Made by a program: the position numbers and the translations under genes. This document shows positions 62,250 through 64,000 of a stretch of DNA of 64,000 nucleotides, in pieces. Within the stretch, counting starts at the first letter, position 1; each line of letters starts with the position of its first letter. Source of the stretch: Spirochaetota bacterium (GTDB lineage Bacteria; Spirochaetota; Spirochaetia; SZUA-6); assembly GCA_013151965.1 (NCBI GenBank), contig JAADHF010000131.1, positions 129,763 through 193,762 on the forward strand. Direction: 5' to 3'. The notes under the pieces were generated by a model. That model was not told the origin of the DNA. It was given only the letters and a program-made list of their open reading frames with translations, and did no database searches.

Positions 62250-64000
62250 TTACTCTGACTGAGATTAGAGATTATATGAAAGAACAGCTGGAAAGGGATA
62301 AAAAAGTCAAGTCTGTGCAGATAGAAGGGGAATCGATTGCAAATGCACTGAAACAGGCATCAATAGAACTGGGACTTCCGGTTAAAAAACTTGAATATGA
62401 AGTCATCGAAAAAGGCACAAAAGGAATAATGGGCATAGGGAAAAAAAATTGGAAAATTGTTGCATACGAAACCAGAAAACCGGCTGCTGTTCAAAGAGAA
62501 ACGGAAGTACTGTCTGAAAATCCGGAAATAGATCTTGAAAGTATAAAGGAAGAGAACAAACCGGGTGAAGTTTTTGTAAGATTGAATAATGACGGGGTTT
62601 TCTTAAAGGTAACAAAGCCGGTAGGAAAGGGCAGGAGTGTTACGGAGAGAATGGCTCTTTCCAGGCTCTCCGAACGCGGCGTGGGCGATTACGATGCTTC
62701 TTTAGTTGCAAAGGTTGTTAAACAGGCAGACGGTGAATATATCAAAATCGGTGATTATCAGTACAATCCGGCAAATGATTCGACGATTTCACTGGAAATT
62801 ACCGACCAGGATATGAAGGCTTATATCGTTGTTAATCCTCCGGGGCCGGGAGGTGCGGATTTAACCTATGATGATATTATTTCATATCTCAATGCCAATG
62901 ATGTAGTTCACGGGATAAAGGAAGATGTTATTAGAAATTTTATCGATTATCCCGTTTACAATGATACTGTACTGATCGCAGAAGGAACACGTCCAAAGAA
63001 CGGACGCGATGCCAGAATTATTTATAATTTCAGAACGGATCATTCACAGATAAAATTAAAGGAGAAGGACGGGAAAGTAGATTTTAAGGAACTGGATCTT
63101 GTGGAAAATGTGGTTGCAGGACAGCTGCTTGCAAAAAAAATACCCCCCGAGGAAGGGCGGAACGGCAGAACGGTAACCGGCATGGTTATACCCGCAAAGG
63201 CGGGTAATGATGTTGAATTTCTCGTGGGCAAGAATGTTAAATTATCGGAGGACGGTTTAACTGCTGTTGCGGAAATAAACGGCCAGGTATTACTTCTTGC
63301 AGGTAAAATAAATGTGGAACCGGTTTATACCATACAGGGTGATGTTAACCTGCATACAGGGAATATACTATTTTTAGGAACAGTTGTGGTAAAGGGAAAT
63401 GTGGAGGACGGCTTTTCTGTCAAAGCGGCAGGAAACATAGAGGTTTACGGCAGTGTCGGTAAATGTGTACTCGATGCGGAGGGTGATATTATTGTACATC
63501 AGGGTATTCTCGGGAAGATCGACGGCAAAGCGAGGAGCGGCATGAGCGTATTTGCCAAGTTTATCGAGCATGCACATGTGGAAGCAGGTGAATATGTTGT
63601 TGCAAGTGACGGTATTATCCATTCGCATGTCGATGCCAATAAAAAGATTATCTGTCAGGGAAAAAGAGCATCCATTGTAGGGGGAAGGCTCAGGGCAACG
63701 GAAGAGATAAATGCAAAAAATCTCGGTTCCGTTGCAGGCACGGAAACGAACCTGGAGGTTGGCTACGACCCGAAGAGTAAAGAGAAACTCGGCAGTCTGG
63801 ATAATAGAAAAGCAGAACTTGAAAGTAAATTGGAAGAGTTGGAGAAGAATATCACCACGATTGAAAAGCTGCAGAGGATACAGAAAAGATTAACGGAAGA
63901 AAAAAAGCAGTATCTTACCCAGTTAAATGAAAAAAGATCCGAGGTTTTGTCCGAGCTCGAAGAAGTAAACAGAGAAACCGGCAGTCTTAATACATATCTG
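62246..64000 (+). CDS. DUF342/FapA-family (flagellar assembly protein A-like) protein, 3'-truncated by the window end.
   Basis: ATGA start/stop overlap with fliA. Reiterated beta-helix motifs ([46 protein letters not shown]). A C-terminal coiled coil ([22 protein letters not shown]). The frame is open to nt 64000. Confidence 0.75.
   Translation, partial: MITLTEIRDYMKEQLERDKKVKSVQIEGESIANALKQASIELGLPVKKLEYEVIEKGTKGIMGIGKKNWKIVAYETRKPAAVQRETEVLSENPEIDLESIKEENKPGEVFVRLNNDGVFLKVTKPVGKGRSVTERMALSRLSERGVGDYDASLVAKVVKQADGEYIKIGDYQYNPANDSTISLEITDQDMKAYIVVNPPGPGGADLTYDDIISYLNANDVVHGIKEDVIRNFIDYPVYNDTVLIAEGTRPKNGRDARIIYNFRTDHSQIKLKEKDGKVDFKELDLVENVVAGQLLAKKIPPEEGRNGRTVTGMVIPAKAGNDVEFLVGKNVKLSEDGLTAVAEINGQVLLLAGKINVEPVYTIQGDVNLHTGNILFLGTVVVKGNVEDGFSVKAAGNIEVYGSVGKCVLDAEGDIIVHQGILGKIDGKARSGMSVFAKFIEHAHVEAGEYVVASDGIIHSHVDANKKIICQGKRASIVGGRLRATEEINAKNLGSVAGTETNLEVGYDPKSKEKLGSLDNRKAELESKLEELEKNITTIEKLQRIQKRLTEEKKQYLTQLNEKRSEVLSELEEVNRETGSLNTYL

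Noticed and set aside
1-64000. Search for CRISPR arrays, tRNA/rRNA genes, IS elements and inverted terminal repeats.
   Set aside because: No spaced direct-repeat arrays, no cloverleaf-compatible segments in the few intergenic gaps, no transposase-like ORFs. The window appears to be core chromosome.

Overview
The window is a gene-dense core-genome segment of roughly 40-45% GC (judged by eye), coding almost entirely on the + strand. No rRNA, tRNA, CRISPR array or mobile element could be supported. By motif recognition the content runs as follows. (1) There is a partial hypothetical gene at the 5' end. A convergent minus-strand gene encodes a secreted FN3/TPR-like protein, and a small VapD/Cas2-like gene follows. 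(2) A tightly packed array starts with prfB, which carries the classic +1 programmed frameshift site AGGAGG-TAT-CTT-TGA-C. It continues with a CheY-like receiver gene, a gene for a membrane protein with two PEGA domains, ftsY, a YD-repeat secreted protein, lolC-lolD-lolE, mcsA-mcsB-clpC and a large secreted TPR protein. (3) A minus-strand three-gene unit runs 17881-21382. It encodes a CapA-family lipoprotein, a soluble methyl-accepting chemotaxis protein with a C-terminal SBP_bac_3 domain, and a 97-aa protein. (4) From 21615 to the window end there is a roughly 42-kb unidirectional array. It begins with a reduced division-cell-wall cluster, mraZ-rsmH-ftsL-murF-mraY-ftsW-ftsQ-ftsA-ftsZ. MurF, MraY and FtsW follow one another directly, so no ftsI, murE or murD lies in their usual positions, and murG, murC and ddl are not found anywhere in the window. 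Then come xerD, a TPR lipoprotein gene, dprA, topA, xerC/codV, hslV and hslU. Without a break follows a complete flagellar superoperon: flgB, flgC, fliE, fliF, fliG, fliH, fliI, fliJ, flbB-like, fliK/tap1-like, flgD, flgE, flbD, motA, motB, fliL, fliM, fliY, fliO/Z, fliP, fliQ, fliR, flhB, flhA, flhF, flhG. Last are an acidic membrane protein gene, fliA (sigma-28) and a DUF342/FapA-family gene truncated by the window end. The order ftsZ...hslV-hslU-flgB...flhG, together with the reduced dcw cluster, strongly resembles the arrangement I recall for Borrelia/Treponema-type spirochetes. The dprA-topA-codV-hslV-hslU-flgB segment also mirrors the Bacillus fla/che upstream region. Findings worth a second look: a Cys-free FlgE in a spirochete-like context; an inverted-architecture soluble chemoreceptor with a C-terminal SBP_bac_3 domain; mcsAB-clpC with no recognisable ctsR or CtsR box; paired GTGGG MraZ boxes at the mraZ promoter; a probable non-AUG (CUG) start for fliO/Z; an uncharacterised acidic membrane protein gene between flhG and fliA; and an orphan VapD/Cas2-like gene upstream of prfB. 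All calls rest on reading the supplied translations and DNA by eye. No database searches were run.
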